The notes beneath the pieces are model-generated. The model was not told the DNA's origin. It ran no database searches and saw only the letters and a list, made by a program, of their open reading frames with translations. From NCBI GenBank assembly GCA_043228905.1, contig JBHGNT010000010.1, positions 14,384,001-14,448,000 on the forward strand: DNA of 64,000 bases, given 5' to 3'. This document shows, one piece after another, positions 12,310 to 28,436 of the stretch. A program made the position numbers and the translations under genes. The stretch's first letter is position 1; every line of letters starts with the position of its first letter. The stretch is from Azolla caroliniana (taxonomy: Eukaryota > Plantae > Polypodiophyta).

Positions 12310-13856
12310 TCACATGTTGGGTGCTTTTTATCGTAACGATCATTGATTCGTAATAAATAATATTTATATATTGCGCAAACAAGGATCCGAACCAGCTAGA
12401 CTACAATGGAATTCATTTAGTAAATGATTTAGTTAATGTAATATTCCAGTGGTTCACTTCAAATATAGAAACATGGTGCAATGCTCATCGACAGTTGACC
12501 AATAGTCTGCGATCTATGCGTATTGCTTGAAATTGTATTGTGATATCCAAACTATAATTGTTGGTGTACTAATTTGTCGTACCAATGTTGACGACTAACC
12601 AAAACCAAATATACTGCTTCTTGTTGTCCCGAACAACATAATGTTGTCCCTAACCAACTAGATTACAATGGCTCCTATCTTGTGTATAGATATATTGCAA
12701 TCATAGATTAGTAACAAATAATATTTACATATTGCGCAAGCATCAACAAGAAACTGAGGATTACTCTCACACGCTCTCGTTTTTAACATTTAATCATTTC
12801 AAGGGGTTTTATCGATGCGACATTACATAATGATCTATGATGTATCTAGTTTTCCCAATGCCTATTGTTGTACCCCGGAGTCTCGTGTACAAAACAAGGA
12901 TCCGAACCAACTAGACTACAATAGAATTGATTTAGTGCATGAATTAGTTAATATAATATTCTAGTGCTTTGCTTCAAATAAAGAACCATGACGCAATGTT
13001 GATCGAGAGTTCACCATTATTCTACAATCTATGCGTAGTTCGGGAAACTCTATGAGGTTATCCAAACTATAATTGTCGGTGTACTAATTTGTCGCAACCA
13101 TGTTGACAAATAACCACGACTAAATATATTGTTTCTTCTTGTCCCGAACAACCTAATGTTTTGTCAAATTTCATTTGAAACCTCTCCTATTAATTGAATA
13201 ATGGGATTAAGTTTGCAAGCATCCACAAAAAAACTGAGGATTATTCTAACGCACTTTCATTTTTAACATTTAATAATGTCAAGGGCTTTTATCGATGCCA
13301 CATTAACTCATGATATATGATAGACCTGCTTGTACCCGGGCGTCTCAGGTAAAAAGCAAGGATCCGGGGCAACTTGATTACAATGGAATTCATTTAGTAA
13401 ATGAAATAGTGGATGTACCACTCTAGCCCTTTGTTACAAATAAAGAAACATGGTGCAATGCTCATCGTACCAATGTCCATTATTCTGCAATCTATGCGTA
13501 TTTTTTGAAATTGTATCCAGTTATCCAAACTATAATTGTTGGTGTACCAATTTGTCGTACCAATGTTGACGAATAACCACAGCCAAAGATGCTGCTTCTT
13601 GTTGTCCCGAACGACATAATGTTTTGTCCAATTTCATTTGAAACCTCTACCATGAATCGAATAATGGGATTAAGTTTAGAAATTGATGTTAGGAGAGAAA
13701 AATCAAACTAATGTTCGTCATCAATCCTTCAAACATAATATTGATTATTTTGTTAATTGCACATTATCGTAACATCTACTTTAGGTCTTGAGTTTTTGAG
13801 TTGTCAAACAGTTAACACATGATATGCGTCCGAAATTTAATATATGATATTGTCGT

Positions 13857-13929
13857 TTCCATTGCCGGGAGTTGAACCCGGGTCTCTCGGGTGAGAGCCG
13901 AGTATCCTAACCAACTAGACTACAATGGA
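13857..13929 (-). tRNA. trnE-CUC: tRNA-Glu(CUC), copy 6
   Basis: Same sequence as copy 1. Confidence 0.95.
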
Positions 13930-15476
13930 TCACATGTTGGGTGCTTTTTATCGTAACGATCATTGATTCGTAATAAATAATATTTATATATTGCGCAAAC
14001 AAGGATCCGAACCAGCTAGACTACAATGGAATTCATTTAGTAAATGATTTAGTTAATGTAATATTCCAGTGGTTCACTTCAAATATAGAAACATGGTGCA
14101 ATGCTCATCGACAGTTGACCAATAGTCTGCGATCTATGCGTATTGCTTGAAATTGTATTGTGATATCCAAACTATAATTGTTGGTGTACTAATTTGTCGT
14201 ACCAATGTTGACGACTAACCAAAACCAAATATACTGCTTCTTGTTGTCCCGAACAACATAATGTTGTCCCTAACCAACTAGATTACAATGGCTCCTATCT
14301 TGTGTATAGATATATTGCAATCATAGATTAGTAACAAATAATATTTACATATTGCGCAAGCATCAACAAGAAACTGAGGATTACTCTCACACGCTCTCGT
14401 TTTTAACATTTAATCATTTCAAGGGGTTTTATCGATGCGACATTACATAATGATCTATGATGTATCTAGTTTTCCCAATGCCTATTGTTGTACCCCGGAG
14501 TCTCGTGTACAAAACAAGGATCCGAACCAACTAGACTACAATAGAATTGATTTAGTGCATGAATTAGTTAATATAATATTCTAGTGCTTTGCTTCAAATA
14601 AAGAACCATGACGCAATGTTGATCGAGAGTTCACCATTATTCTACAATCTATGCGTAGTTCGGGAAACTCTATGAGGTTATCCAAACTATAATTGTCGGT
14701 GTACTAATTTGTCGCAACCATGTTGACAAATAACCACGACTAAATATATTGTTTCTTCTTGTCCCGAACAACCTAATGTTTTGTCAAATTTCATTTGAAA
14801 CCTCTCCTATTAATTGAATAATGGGATTAAGTTTGCAAGCATCCACAAAAAAACTGAGGATTATTCTAACGCACTTTCATTTTTAACATTTAATAATGTC
14901 AAGGGCTTTTATCGATGCCACATTAACTCATGATATATGATAGACCTGCTTGTACCCGGGCGTCTCAGGTAAAAAGCAAGGATCCGGGGCAACTTGATTA
15001 CAATGGAATTCATTTAGTAAATGAAATAGTGGATGTACCACTCTAGCCCTTTGTTACAAATAAAGAAACATGGTGCAATGCTCATCGTACCAATGTCCAT
15101 TATTCTGCAATCTATGCGTATTTTTTGAAATTGTATCCAGTTATCCAAACTATAATTGTTGGTGTACCAATTTGTCGTACCAATGTTGACGAATAACCAC
15201 AGCCAAAGATGCTGCTTCTTGTTGTCCCGAACGACATAATGTTTTGTCCAATTTCATTTGAAACCTCTACCATGAATCGAATAATGGGATTAAGTTTAGA
15301 AATTGATGTTAGGAGAGAAAAATCAAACTAATGTTCGTCATCAATCCTTCAAACATAATATTGATTATTTTGTTAATTGCACATTATCGTAACATCTACT
15401 TTAGGTCTTGAGTTTTTGAGTTGTCAAACAGTTAACACATGATATGCGTCCGAAATTTAATATATGATATTGTCGT

Positions 15477-15549
15477 TTCCATTGCCGGGAGTTGAACCCG
15501 GGTCTCTCGGGTGAGAGCCGAGTATCCTAACCAACTAGACTACAATGGA
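15477..15549 (-). tRNA. trnE-CUC: tRNA-Glu(CUC), copy 7
   Basis: Same sequence as copy 1. Confidence 0.95.
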
Positions 15550-17096
15550 TCACATGTTGGGTGCTTTTTATCGTAACGATCATTGATTCGTAATAAATAA
15601 TATTTATATATTGCGCAAACAAGGATCCGAACCAGCTAGACTACAATGGAATTCATTTAGTAAATGATTTAGTTAATGTAATATTCCAGTGGTTCACTTC
15701 AAATATAGAAACATGGTGCAATGCTCATCGACAGTTGACCAATAGTCTGCGATCTATGCGTATTGCTTGAAATTGTATTGTGATATCCAAACTATAATTG
15801 TTGGTGTACTAATTTGTCGTACCAATGTTGACGACTAACCAAAACCAAATATACTGCTTCTTGTTGTCCCGAACAACATAATGTTGTCCCTAACCAACTA
15901 GATTACAATGGCTCCTATCTTGTGTATAGATATATTGCAATCATAGATTAGTAACAAATAATATTTACATATTGCGCAAGCATCAACAAGAAACTGAGGA
16001 TTACTCTCACACGCTCTCGTTTTTAACATTTAATCATTTCAAGGGGTTTTATCGATGCGACATTACATAATGATCTATGATGTATCTAGTTTTCCCAATG
16101 CCTATTGTTGTACCCCGGAGTCTCGTGTACAAAACAAGGATCCGAACCAACTAGACTACAATAGAATTGATTTAGTGCATGAATTAGTTAATATAATATT
16201 CTAGTGCTTTGCTTCAAATAAAGAACCATGACGCAATGTTGATCGAGAGTTCACCATTATTCTACAATCTATGCGTAGTTCGGGAAACTCTATGAGGTTA
16301 TCCAAACTATAATTGTCGGTGTACTAATTTGTCGCAACCATGTTGACAAATAACCACGACTAAATATATTGTTTCTTCTTGTCCCGAACAACCTAATGTT
16401 TTGTCAAATTTCATTTGAAACCTCTCCTATTAATTGAATAATGGGATTAAGTTTGCAAGCATCCACAAAAAAACTGAGGATTATTCTAACGCACTTTCAT
16501 TTTTAACATTTAATAATGTCAAGGGCTTTTATCGATGCCACATTAACTCATGATATATGATAGACCTGCTTGTACCCGGGCGTCTCAGGTAAAAAGCAAG
16601 GATCCGGGGCAACTTGATTACAATGGAATTCATTTAGTAAATGAAATAGTGGATGTACCACTCTAGCCCTTTGTTACAAATAAAGAAACATGGTGCAATG
16701 CTCATCGTACCAATGTCCATTATTCTGCAATCTATGCGTATTTTTTGAAATTGTATCCAGTTATCCAAACTATAATTGTTGGTGTACCAATTTGTCGTAC
16801 CAATGTTGACGAATAACCACAGCCAAAGATGCTGCTTCTTGTTGTCCCGAACGACATAATGTTTTGTCCAATTTCATTTGAAACCTCTACCATGAATCGA
16901 ATAATGGGATTAAGTTTAGAAATTGATGTTAGGAGAGAAAAATCAAACTAATGTTCGTCATCAATCCTTCAAACATAATATTGATTATTTTGTTAATTGC
17001 ACATTATCGTAACATCTACTTTAGGTCTTGAGTTTTTGAGTTGTCAAACAGTTAACACATGATATGCGTCCGAAATTTAATATATGATATTGTCGT

Positions 17097-17169
17097 TTCC
17101 ATTGCCGGGAGTTGAACCCGGGTCTCTCGGGTGAGAGCCGAGTATCCTAACCAACTAGACTACAATGGA
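17097..17169 (-). tRNA. trnE-CUC: tRNA-Glu(CUC), copy 8
   Basis: Same sequence as copy 1. Confidence 0.95.
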
Positions 17170-18716
17170 TCACATGTTGGGTGCTTTTTATCGTAACGAT
17201 CATTGATTCGTAATAAATAATATTTATATATTGCGCAAACAAGGATCCGAACCAGCTAGACTACAATGGAATTCATTTAGTAAATGATTTAGTTAATGTA
17301 ATATTCCAGTGGTTCACTTCAAATATAGAAACATGGTGCAATGCTCATCGACAGTTGACCAATAGTCTGCGATCTATGCGTATTGCTTGAAATTGTATTG
17401 TGATATCCAAACTATAATTGTTGGTGTACTAATTTGTCGTACCAATGTTGACGACTAACCAAAACCAAATATACTGCTTCTTGTTGTCCCGAACAACATA
17501 ATGTTGTCCCTAACCAACTAGATTACAATGGCTCCTATCTTGTGTATAGATATATTGCAATCATAGATTAGTAACAAATAATATTTACATATTGCGCAAG
17601 CATCAACAAGAAACTGAGGATTACTCTCACACGCTCTCGTTTTTAACATTTAATCATTTCAAGGGGTTTTATCGATGCGACATTACATAATGATCTATGA
17701 TGTATCTAGTTTTCCCAATGCCTATTGTTGTACCCCGGAGTCTCGTGTACAAAACAAGGATCCGAACCAACTAGACTACAATAGAATTGATTTAGTGCAT
17801 GAATTAGTTAATATAATATTCTAGTGCTTTGCTTCAAATAAAGAACCATGACGCAATGTTGATCGAGAGTTCACCATTATTCTACAATCTATGCGTAGTT
17901 CGGGAAACTCTATGAGGTTATCCAAACTATAATTGTCGGTGTACTAATTTGTCGCAACCATGTTGACAAATAACCACGACTAAATATATTGTTTCTTCTT
18001 GTCCCGAACAACCTAATGTTTTGTCAAATTTCATTTGAAACCTCTCCTATTAATTGAATAATGGGATTAAGTTTGCAAGCATCCACAAAAAAACTGAGGA
18101 TTATTCTAACGCACTTTCATTTTTAACATTTAATAATGTCAAGGGCTTTTATCGATGCCACATTAACTCATGATATATGATAGACCTGCTTGTACCCGGG
18201 CGTCTCAGGTAAAAAGCAAGGATCCGGGGCAACTTGATTACAATGGAATTCATTTAGTAAATGAAATAGTGGATGTACCACTCTAGCCCTTTGTTACAAA
18301 TAAAGAAACATGGTGCAATGCTCATCGTACCAATGTCCATTATTCTGCAATCTATGCGTATTTTTTGAAATTGTATCCAGTTATCCAAACTATAATTGTT
18401 GGTGTACCAATTTGTCGTACCAATGTTGACGAATAACCACAGCCAAAGATGCTGCTTCTTGTTGTCCCGAACGACATAATGTTTTGTCCAATTTCATTTG
18501 AAACCTCTACCATGAATCGAATAATGGGATTAAGTTTAGAAATTGATGTTAGGAGAGAAAAATCAAACTAATGTTCGTCATCAATCCTTCAAACATAATA
18601 TTGATTATTTTGTTAATTGCACATTATCGTAACATCTACTTTAGGTCTTGAGTTTTTGAGTTGTCAAACAGTTAACACATGATATGCGTCCGAAATTTAA
18701 TATATGATATTGTCGT

Positions 18717-18789
18717 TTCCATTGCCGGGAGTTGAACCCGGGTCTCTCGGGTGAGAGCCGAGTATCCTAACCAACTAGACTACAATGGA
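18717..18789 (-). tRNA. trnE-CUC: tRNA-Glu(CUC), copy 9
   Basis: Same sequence as copy 1. Confidence 0.95.
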
Positions 18790-20336
18790 TCACATGTTGG
18801 GTGCTTTTTATCGTAACGATCATTGATTCGTAATAAATAATATTTATATATTGCGCAAACAAGGATCCGAACCAGCTAGACTACAATGGAATTCATTTAG
18901 TAAATGATTTAGTTAATGTAATATTCCAGTGGTTCACTTCAAATATAGAAACATGGTGCAATGCTCATCGACAGTTGACCAATAGTCTGCGATCTATGCG
19001 TATTGCTTGAAATTGTATTGTGATATCCAAACTATAATTGTTGGTGTACTAATTTGTCGTACCAATGTTGACGACTAACCAAAACCAAATATACTGCTTC
19101 TTGTTGTCCCGAACAACATAATGTTGTCCCTAACCAACTAGATTACAATGGCTCCTATCTTGTGTATAGATATATTGCAATCATAGATTAGTAACAAATA
19201 ATATTTACATATTGCGCAAGCATCAACAAGAAACTGAGGATTACTCTCACACGCTCTCGTTTTTAACATTTAATCATTTCAAGGGGTTTTATCGATGCGA
19301 CATTACATAATGATCTATGATGTATCTAGTTTTCCCAATGCCTATTGTTGTACCCCGGAGTCTCGTGTACAAAACAAGGATCCGAACCAACTAGACTACA
19401 ATAGAATTGATTTAGTGCATGAATTAGTTAATATAATATTCTAGTGCTTTGCTTCAAATAAAGAACCATGACGCAATGTTGATCGAGAGTTCACCATTAT
19501 TCTACAATCTATGCGTAGTTCGGGAAACTCTATGAGGTTATCCAAACTATAATTGTCGGTGTACTAATTTGTCGCAACCATGTTGACAAATAACCACGAC
19601 TAAATATATTGTTTCTTCTTGTCCCGAACAACCTAATGTTTTGTCAAATTTCATTTGAAACCTCTCCTATTAATTGAATAATGGGATTAAGTTTGCAAGC
19701 ATCCACAAAAAAACTGAGGATTATTCTAACGCACTTTCATTTTTAACATTTAATAATGTCAAGGGCTTTTATCGATGCCACATTAACTCATGATATATGA
19801 TAGACCTGCTTGTACCCGGGCGTCTCAGGTAAAAAGCAAGGATCCGGGGCAACTTGATTACAATGGAATTCATTTAGTAAATGAAATAGTGGATGTACCA
19901 CTCTAGCCCTTTGTTACAAATAAAGAAACATGGTGCAATGCTCATCGTACCAATGTCCATTATTCTGCAATCTATGCGTATTTTTTGAAATTGTATCCAG
20001 TTATCCAAACTATAATTGTTGGTGTACCAATTTGTCGTACCAATGTTGACGAATAACCACAGCCAAAGATGCTGCTTCTTGTTGTCCCGAACGACATAAT
20101 GTTTTGTCCAATTTCATTTGAAACCTCTACCATGAATCGAATAATGGGATTAAGTTTAGAAATTGATGTTAGGAGAGAAAAATCAAACTAATGTTCGTCA
20201 TCAATCCTTCAAACATAATATTGATTATTTTGTTAATTGCACATTATCGTAACATCTACTTTAGGTCTTGAGTTTTTGAGTTGTCAAACAGTTAACACAT
20301 GATATGCGTCCGAAATTTAATATATGATATTGTCGT

Positions 20337-20409
20337 TTCCATTGCCGGGAGTTGAACCCGGGTCTCTCGGGTGAGAGCCGAGTATCCTAACCAACTAGAC
20401 TACAATGGA
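20337..20409 (-). tRNA. trnE-CUC: tRNA-Glu(CUC), copy 10
   Basis: Same sequence as copy 1. Confidence 0.95.
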
Positions 20410-21956
20410 TCACATGTTGGGTGCTTTTTATCGTAACGATCATTGATTCGTAATAAATAATATTTATATATTGCGCAAACAAGGATCCGAACCAGCTAGA
20501 CTACAATGGAATTCATTTAGTAAATGATTTAGTTAATGTAATATTCCAGTGGTTCACTTCAAATATAGAAACATGGTGCAATGCTCATCGACAGTTGACC
20601 AATAGTCTGCGATCTATGCGTATTGCTTGAAATTGTATTGTGATATCCAAACTATAATTGTTGGTGTACTAATTTGTCGTACCAATGTTGACGACTAACC
20701 AAAACCAAATATACTGCTTCTTGTTGTCCCGAACAACATAATGTTGTCCCTAACCAACTAGATTACAATGGCTCCTATCTTGTGTATAGATATATTGCAA
20801 TCATAGATTAGTAACAAATAATATTTACATATTGCGCAAGCATCAACAAGAAACTGAGGATTACTCTCACACGCTCTCGTTTTTAACATTTAATCATTTC
20901 AAGGGGTTTTATCGATGCGACATTACATAATGATCTATGATGTATCTAGTTTTCCCAATGCCTATTGTTGTACCCCGGAGTCTCGTGTACAAAACAAGGA
21001 TCCGAACCAACTAGACTACAATAGAATTGATTTAGTGCATGAATTAGTTAATATAATATTCTAGTGCTTTGCTTCAAATAAAGAACCATGACGCAATGTT
21101 GATCGAGAGTTCACCATTATTCTACAATCTATGCGTAGTTCGGGAAACTCTATGAGGTTATCCAAACTATAATTGTCGGTGTACTAATTTGTCGCAACCA
21201 TGTTGACAAATAACCACGACTAAATATATTGTTTCTTCTTGTCCCGAACAACCTAATGTTTTGTCAAATTTCATTTGAAACCTCTCCTATTAATTGAATA
21301 ATGGGATTAAGTTTGCAAGCATCCACAAAAAAACTGAGGATTATTCTAACGCACTTTCATTTTTAACATTTAATAATGTCAAGGGCTTTTATCGATGCCA
21401 CATTAACTCATGATATATGATAGACCTGCTTGTACCCGGGCGTCTCAGGTAAAAAGCAAGGATCCGGGGCAACTTGATTACAATGGAATTCATTTAGTAA
21501 ATGAAATAGTGGATGTACCACTCTAGCCCTTTGTTACAAATAAAGAAACATGGTGCAATGCTCATCGTACCAATGTCCATTATTCTGCAATCTATGCGTA
21601 TTTTTTGAAATTGTATCCAGTTATCCAAACTATAATTGTTGGTGTACCAATTTGTCGTACCAATGTTGACGAATAACCACAGCCAAAGATGCTGCTTCTT
21701 GTTGTCCCGAACGACATAATGTTTTGTCCAATTTCATTTGAAACCTCTACCATGAATCGAATAATGGGATTAAGTTTAGAAATTGATGTTAGGAGAGAAA
21801 AATCAAACTAATGTTCGTCATCAATCCTTCAAACATAATATTGATTATTTTGTTAATTGCACATTATCGTAACATCTACTTTAGGTCTTGAGTTTTTGAG
21901 TTGTCAAACAGTTAACACATGATATGCGTCCGAAATTTAATATATGATATTGTCGT

Positions 21957-22029
21957 TTCCATTGCCGGGAGTTGAACCCGGGTCTCTCGGGTGAGAGCCG
22001 AGTATCCTAACCAACTAGACTACAATGGA
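21957..22029 (-). tRNA. trnE-CUC: tRNA-Glu(CUC), copy 11
   Basis: Same sequence as copy 1. Confidence 0.95.
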
Positions 22030-23576
22030 TCACATGTTGGGTGCTTTTTATCGTAACGATCATTGATTCGTAATAAATAATATTTATATATTGCGCAAAC
22101 AAGGATCCGAACCAGCTAGACTACAATGGAATTCATTTAGTAAATGATTTAGTTAATGCAATATTCCAGTGGTTCACTTCAAATATAGAAACATGGTGCA
22201 ATGCTCATCGACAGTTGACCAATAGTCTGCGATCTATGCGTATTGCTTGAAATTGTATTGTGATATCCAAACTATAATTGTTGGTGTACTAATTTGTCGT
22301 ACCAATGTTGACGACTAACCAAAACCAAATATACTGCTTCTTGTTGTCCCGAACAACATAATGTTGTCCCTAACCAACTAGATTACAATGGCTCCTATCT
22401 TGTGTATAGATATATTGCAATCATAGATTAGTAACAAATAATATTTACATATTGCGCAAGCATCAACAAGAAACTGAGGATTACTCTCACACGCTCTCGT
22501 TTTTAACATTTAATCATTTCAAGGGGTTTTATCGATGCGACATTACATAATGATCTATGATGTATCTAGTTTTCCCAATGCCTATTGTTGTACCCCGGAG
22601 TCTCGTGTACAAAACAAGGATCCGAACCAACTAGACTACAATAGAATTGATTTAGTGCATGAATTAGTTAATATAATATTCTAGTGCTTTGCTTCAAATA
22701 AAGAACTATGACGCAATGTTGATCGAGAGTTCACCATTATTCTACAATCTATGCGTAGTTCGGGAAACTCTATGAGGTTATCCAAACTATAATTGTCGGT
22801 GTACTAATTTGTCGCAACCATGTTGACAAATAACCACGACTAAATATATTGTTTCTTCTTGTCCCGAACAACCTAATGTTTTGTCAAATTTCATTTGAAA
22901 CCTCTCCTATTAATTGAATAATGGGATTAAGTTTGCAAGCATCCACAAAAAAACTGAGGATTATTCTAACGCACTTTCATTTTTAACATTTAATAATGTC
23001 AAGGGCTTTTATCGATGCCACATTAACTCATGATATATGATAGACCTGCTTGTACCCGGGCGTCTCAGGTAAAAAGCAAGGATCCGGGGCAACTTGATTA
23101 CAATGGAATTCATTTAGTAAATGAAATAGTGGATGTACCACTCTAGCCCTTTGTTACAAATAAAGAAACATGGTGCAATGCTCATCGTACCACTGTCCAT
23201 TATTCTGCAATCTATGCGTATTTTTTGAAATTGTATCCAGTTATCCAAACTATAATTGTTGGTGTACCAATTTGTCGTACCAATGTTGACGAATAACCAC
23301 AGCCAAAGATGCTGCTTCTTGTTGTCCCGAACGACATAATGTTTTGTCCAATTTCATTTGAAACCTCTACCATGAATCGAATAATGGGATTAAGTTTAGA
23401 AATTGATGTTAGGAGAGAAAAATCAAACTAATGTTCGTCATCAATCCTTCAAACATAATATTGATTATTTTGTTAATTGCACATTATCGTAACATCTACT
23501 TTAGGTCTTGAGTTTTTGAGTTGTCAAACAGTTAACACATGATATGCGTCCGAAATTTAATATATGATATTGTCGT

Positions 23577-23649
23577 TTCCATTGCCGGGAGTTGAACCCG
23601 GGTCTCTCGGGTGAGAGCCGAGTATCCTAACCAACTAGACTACAATGGA
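23577..23649 (-). tRNA. trnE-CUC: tRNA-Glu(CUC), copy 12
   Basis: Same sequence as copy 1. Confidence 0.95.
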
Positions 23650-25196
23650 TCACATGTTGGGTGCTTTTTATCGTAACGATCATTGATTCGTAATAAATAA
23701 TATTTATATATTGCGCAAACAAGGATCCGAACCAGCTAGACTACAATGGAATTCATTTAGTAAATGATTTAGTTAATGCAATATTCCAGTGGTTCACTTC
23801 AAATATAGAAACATGGTGCAATGCTCATCGACAGTTGACCAATAGTCTGCGATCTATGCGTATTGCTTGAAATTGTATTGTGATATCCAAACTATAATTG
23901 TTGGTGTACTAATTTGTCGTACCAATGTTGACGACTAACCAAAACCAAATATACTGCTTCTTGTTGTCCCGAACAACATAATGTTGTCCCTAACCAACTA
24001 GATTACAATGGCTCCTATCTTGTGTATAGATATATTGCAATCATAGATTAGTAACAAATAATATTTACATATTGCGCAAGCATCAACAAGAAACTGAGGA
24101 TTACTCTCACACGCTCTCGTTTTTAACATTTAATCATTTCAAGCGGTTTTATCGATGCGACATTACATAATGATCTATGATGTATCTAGTTTTCCCAATG
24201 CCTATTGTTGTACCCCGGAGTCTCGTGTACAAAACAAGGATCCGAACCAACTAGACTACAATAGAATTGATTTAGTGCATGAATTAGTTAATATAATATT
24301 CTAGTGCTTTGCTTCAAATAAAGAACTATGACGCAATGTTGATCGAGAGTTCACCATTATTCTACAATCTATGCGTAGTTCGGGAAACTCTATGAGGTTA
24401 TCCAAACTATAATTGTCGGTGTACTAATTTGTCGCAACCATGTTGACAAATAACCACGACTAAATATATTGTTTCTTCTTGTCCCGAACAACCTAATGTT
24501 TTGTCAAATTTCATTTGAAACCTCTCCTATTAATTGAATAATGGGATTAAGTTTGCAAGCATCCACAAAAAAACTGAGGATTATTCTAACGCACTTTCAT
24601 TTTTAACATTTAATAATGTCAAGGGCTTTTATCGATGCCACATTAACTCATGATATATGATAGACCTGCTTGTACCCGGGCGTCTCAGGTAAAAAGCAAG
24701 GATCCGGGGCAACTTGATTACAATGGAATTCATTTAGTAAATGAAATAGTGGATGTACCACTCTAGCCCTTTGTTACAAATAAAGAAACATGGTGCAATG
24801 CTCATCGTACCAATGTCCATTATTCTGCAATCTATGCGTATTTTTTGAAATTGTATCCAGTTATCCAAACTATAATTGTTGGTGTACCAATTTGTCGTAC
24901 CAATGTTGACGAATAACCACAGCCAAAGATGCTGCTTCTTGTTGTCCCGAACGACATAATGTTTTGTCCAATTTCATTTGAAACCTCTACCATGAATCGA
25001 ATAATGGGATTAAGTTTAGAAATTGATGTTAGGAGAGAAAAATCAAACTAATGTTCGTCATCAATCCTTCAAACATAATATTGATTATTTTGTTAATTGC
25101 ACATTATCGTAACATCTACTTTAGGTCTTGAGTTTTTGAGTTGTCAAACAGTTAACACATGATATGCGTCCGAAATTTAATATATGATATTGTCGT

Positions 25197-25269
25197 TTCC
25201 ATTGCCGGGAGTTGAACCCGGGTCTCTCGGGTGAGAGCCGAGTATCCTAACCAACTAGACTACAATGGA
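25197..25269 (-). tRNA. trnE-CUC: tRNA-Glu(CUC), copy 13
   Basis: Same sequence as copy 1. Confidence 0.95.
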
Positions 25270-26816
25270 TCACATGTTGGGTGCTTTTTATCGTAACGAT
25301 CATTGATTCGTAATAAATAATATTTATATATTGCGCAAACAAGGATCCGAACCAGCTAGACTACAATGGAATTCATTTAGTAAATGATTTAGTTAATGCA
25401 ATATTCCAGTGGTTCACTTCAAATATAGAAACATGGTGCAATGCTCATCGACAGTTGACCAATAGTCTGCGATCTATGCGTATTGCTTGAAATTGTATTG
25501 TGATATCCAAACTATAATTGTTGGTGTACTAATTTGTCGTACCAATGTTGACGACTAACCAAAACCAAATATACTGCTTCTTGTTGTCCCGAACAACATA
25601 ATGTTGTCCCTAACCAACTAGATTACAATGGCTCCTATCTTGTGTATAGATATATTGCAATCATAGATTAGTAACAAATAATATTTACATATTGCGCAAG
25701 CATCAACAAGAAACTGAGGATTACTCTCACACGCTCTCGTTTTTAACATTTAATCATTTCAAGGGGTTTTATCGATGCGACATTACATAATGATCTATGA
25801 TGTATCTAGTTTTCCCAATGCCTATTGTTGTACCCCGGAGTCTCGTGTACAAAACAAGGATCCGAACCAACTAGACTACAATAGAATTGATTTAGTGCAT
25901 GAATTAGTTAATATAATATTCTAGTGCTTTGCTTCAAATAAAGAACTATGACGCAATGTTGATCGAGAGTTCACCATTATTCTACAATCTATGCGTAGTT
26001 CGGGAAACTCTATGAGGTTATCCAAACTATAATTGTCGGTGTACTAATTTGTCGCAACCATGTTGACAAATAACCACGACTAAATATATTGTTTCTTCTT
26101 GTCCCGAACAACCTAATGTTTTGTCAAATTTCATTTGAAACCTCTCCTATTAATTGAATAATGGGATTAAGTTTGCAAGCATCCACAAAAAAACTGAGGA
26201 TTATTCTAACGCACTTTCATTTTTAACATTTAATAATGTCAAGGGCTTTTATCGATGCCACATTAACTCATGATATATGATAGACCTGCTTGTACCCGGG
26301 CGTCTCAGGTAAAAAGCAAGGATCCGGGGCAACTTGATTACAATGGAATTCATTTAGTAAATGAAATAGTGGATGTACCACTCTAGCCCTTTGTTACAAA
26401 TAAAGAAACATGGTGCAATGCTCATCGTACCAATGTCCATTATTCTGCAATCTATGCGTATTTTTTGAAATTGTATCCAGTTATCCAAACTATAATTGTT
26501 GGTGTACCAATTTGTCGTACCAATGTTGACGAATAACCACAGCCAAAGATGCTGCTTCTTGTTGTCCCGAACGACATAATGTTTTGTCCAATTTCATTTG
26601 AAACCTCTACCATGAATCGAATAATGGGATTAAGTTTAGAAATTGATGTTAGGAGAGAAAAATCAAACTAATGTTCGTCATCAATCCTTCAAACATAATA
26701 TTGATTATTTTGTTAATTGCACATTATCGTAACATCTACTTTAGGTCTTGAGTTTTTGAGTTGTCAAACAGTTAACACATGATATGCGTCCGAAATTTAA
26801 TATATGATATTGTCGT

Positions 26817-26889
26817 TTCCATTGCCGGGAGTTGAACCCGGGTCTCTCGGGTGAGAGCCGAGTATCCTAACCAACTAGACTACAATGGA
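26817..26889 (-). tRNA. trnE-CUC: tRNA-Glu(CUC), copy 14
   Basis: Same sequence as copy 1. Confidence 0.95.
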
Positions 26890-28436
26890 TCACATGTTGG
26901 GTGCTTTTTATCGTAACGATCATTGATTCGTAATAAATAATATTTATATATTGCGCAAACAAGGATCCGAACCAGCTAGACTACAATGGAATTCATTTAG
27001 TAAATGATTTAGTTAATGTAATATTCCAGTGGTTCACTTCAAATATAGAAACATGGTGCAATGCTCATCGACAGTTGACCAATAGTCTGCGATCTATGCG
27101 TATTGCTTGAAATTGTATTGTGATATCCAAACTATAATTGTTGGTGTACTAATTTGTCGTACCAATGTTGACGACTAACCAAAACCAAATATACTGCTTC
27201 TTGTTGTCCCGAACAACATAATGTTGTCCCTAACCAACTAGATTACAATGGCTCCTATCTTGTGTATAGATATATTGCAATCATAGATTAGTAACAAATA
27301 ATATTTACATATTGCGCAAGCATCAACAAGAAACTGAGGATTACTCTCACACGCTCTCGTTTTTAACATTTAATCATTTCAAGGGGTTTTATCGATGCGA
27401 CATTACATAATGATCTATGATGTATCTAGTTTTCCCAATGCCTATTGTTGTACCCCGGAGTCTCGTGTACAAAACAAGGATCCGAACCAACTAGACTACA
27501 ATAGAATTGATTTAGTGCATGAATTAGTTAATATAATATTCTAGTGCTTTGCTTCAAATAAAGAACCATGACGCAATGTTGATCGAGAGTTCACCATTAT
27601 TCTACAATCTATGCGTAGTTCGGGAAACTCTATGAGGTTATCCAAACTATAATTGTCGGTGTACTAATTTGTCGCAACCATGTTGACAAATAACCACGAC
27701 TAAATATATTGTTTCTTCTTGTCCCGAACAACCTAATGTTTTGTCAAATTTCATTTGAAACCTCTCCTATTAATTGAATAATGGGATTAAGTTTGCAAGC
27801 ATCCACAAAAAAACTGAGGATTATTCTAACGCACTTTCATTTTTAACATTTAATAATGTCAAGGGCTTTTATCGATGCCACATTAACTCATGATATATGA
27901 TAGACCTGCTTGTACCCGGGCGTCTCAGGTAAAAAGCAAGGATCCGGGGCAACTTGATTACAATGGAATTCATTTAGTAAATGAAATAGTGGATGTACCA
28001 CTCTAGCCCTTTGTTACAAATAAAGAAACATGGTGCAATGCTCATCGTACCAATGTCCATTATTCTGCAATCTATGCGTATTTTTTGAAATTGTATCCAG
28101 TTATCCAAACTATAATTGTTGGTGTACCAATTTGTCGTACCAATGTTGACGAATAACCACAGCCAAAGATGCTGCTTCTTGTTGTCCCGAACGACATAAT
28201 GTTTTGTCCAATTTCATTTGAAACCTCTACCATGAATCGAATAATGGGATTAAGTTTAGAAATTGATGTTAGGAGAGAAAAATCAAACTAATGTTCGTCA
28301 TCAATCCTTCAAACATAATATTGATTATTTTGTTAATTGCACATTATCGTAACATCTACTTTAGGTCTTGAGTTTTTGAGTTGTCAAACAGTTAACACAT
28401 GATATGCGTCCGAAATTTAATATATGATATTGTCGT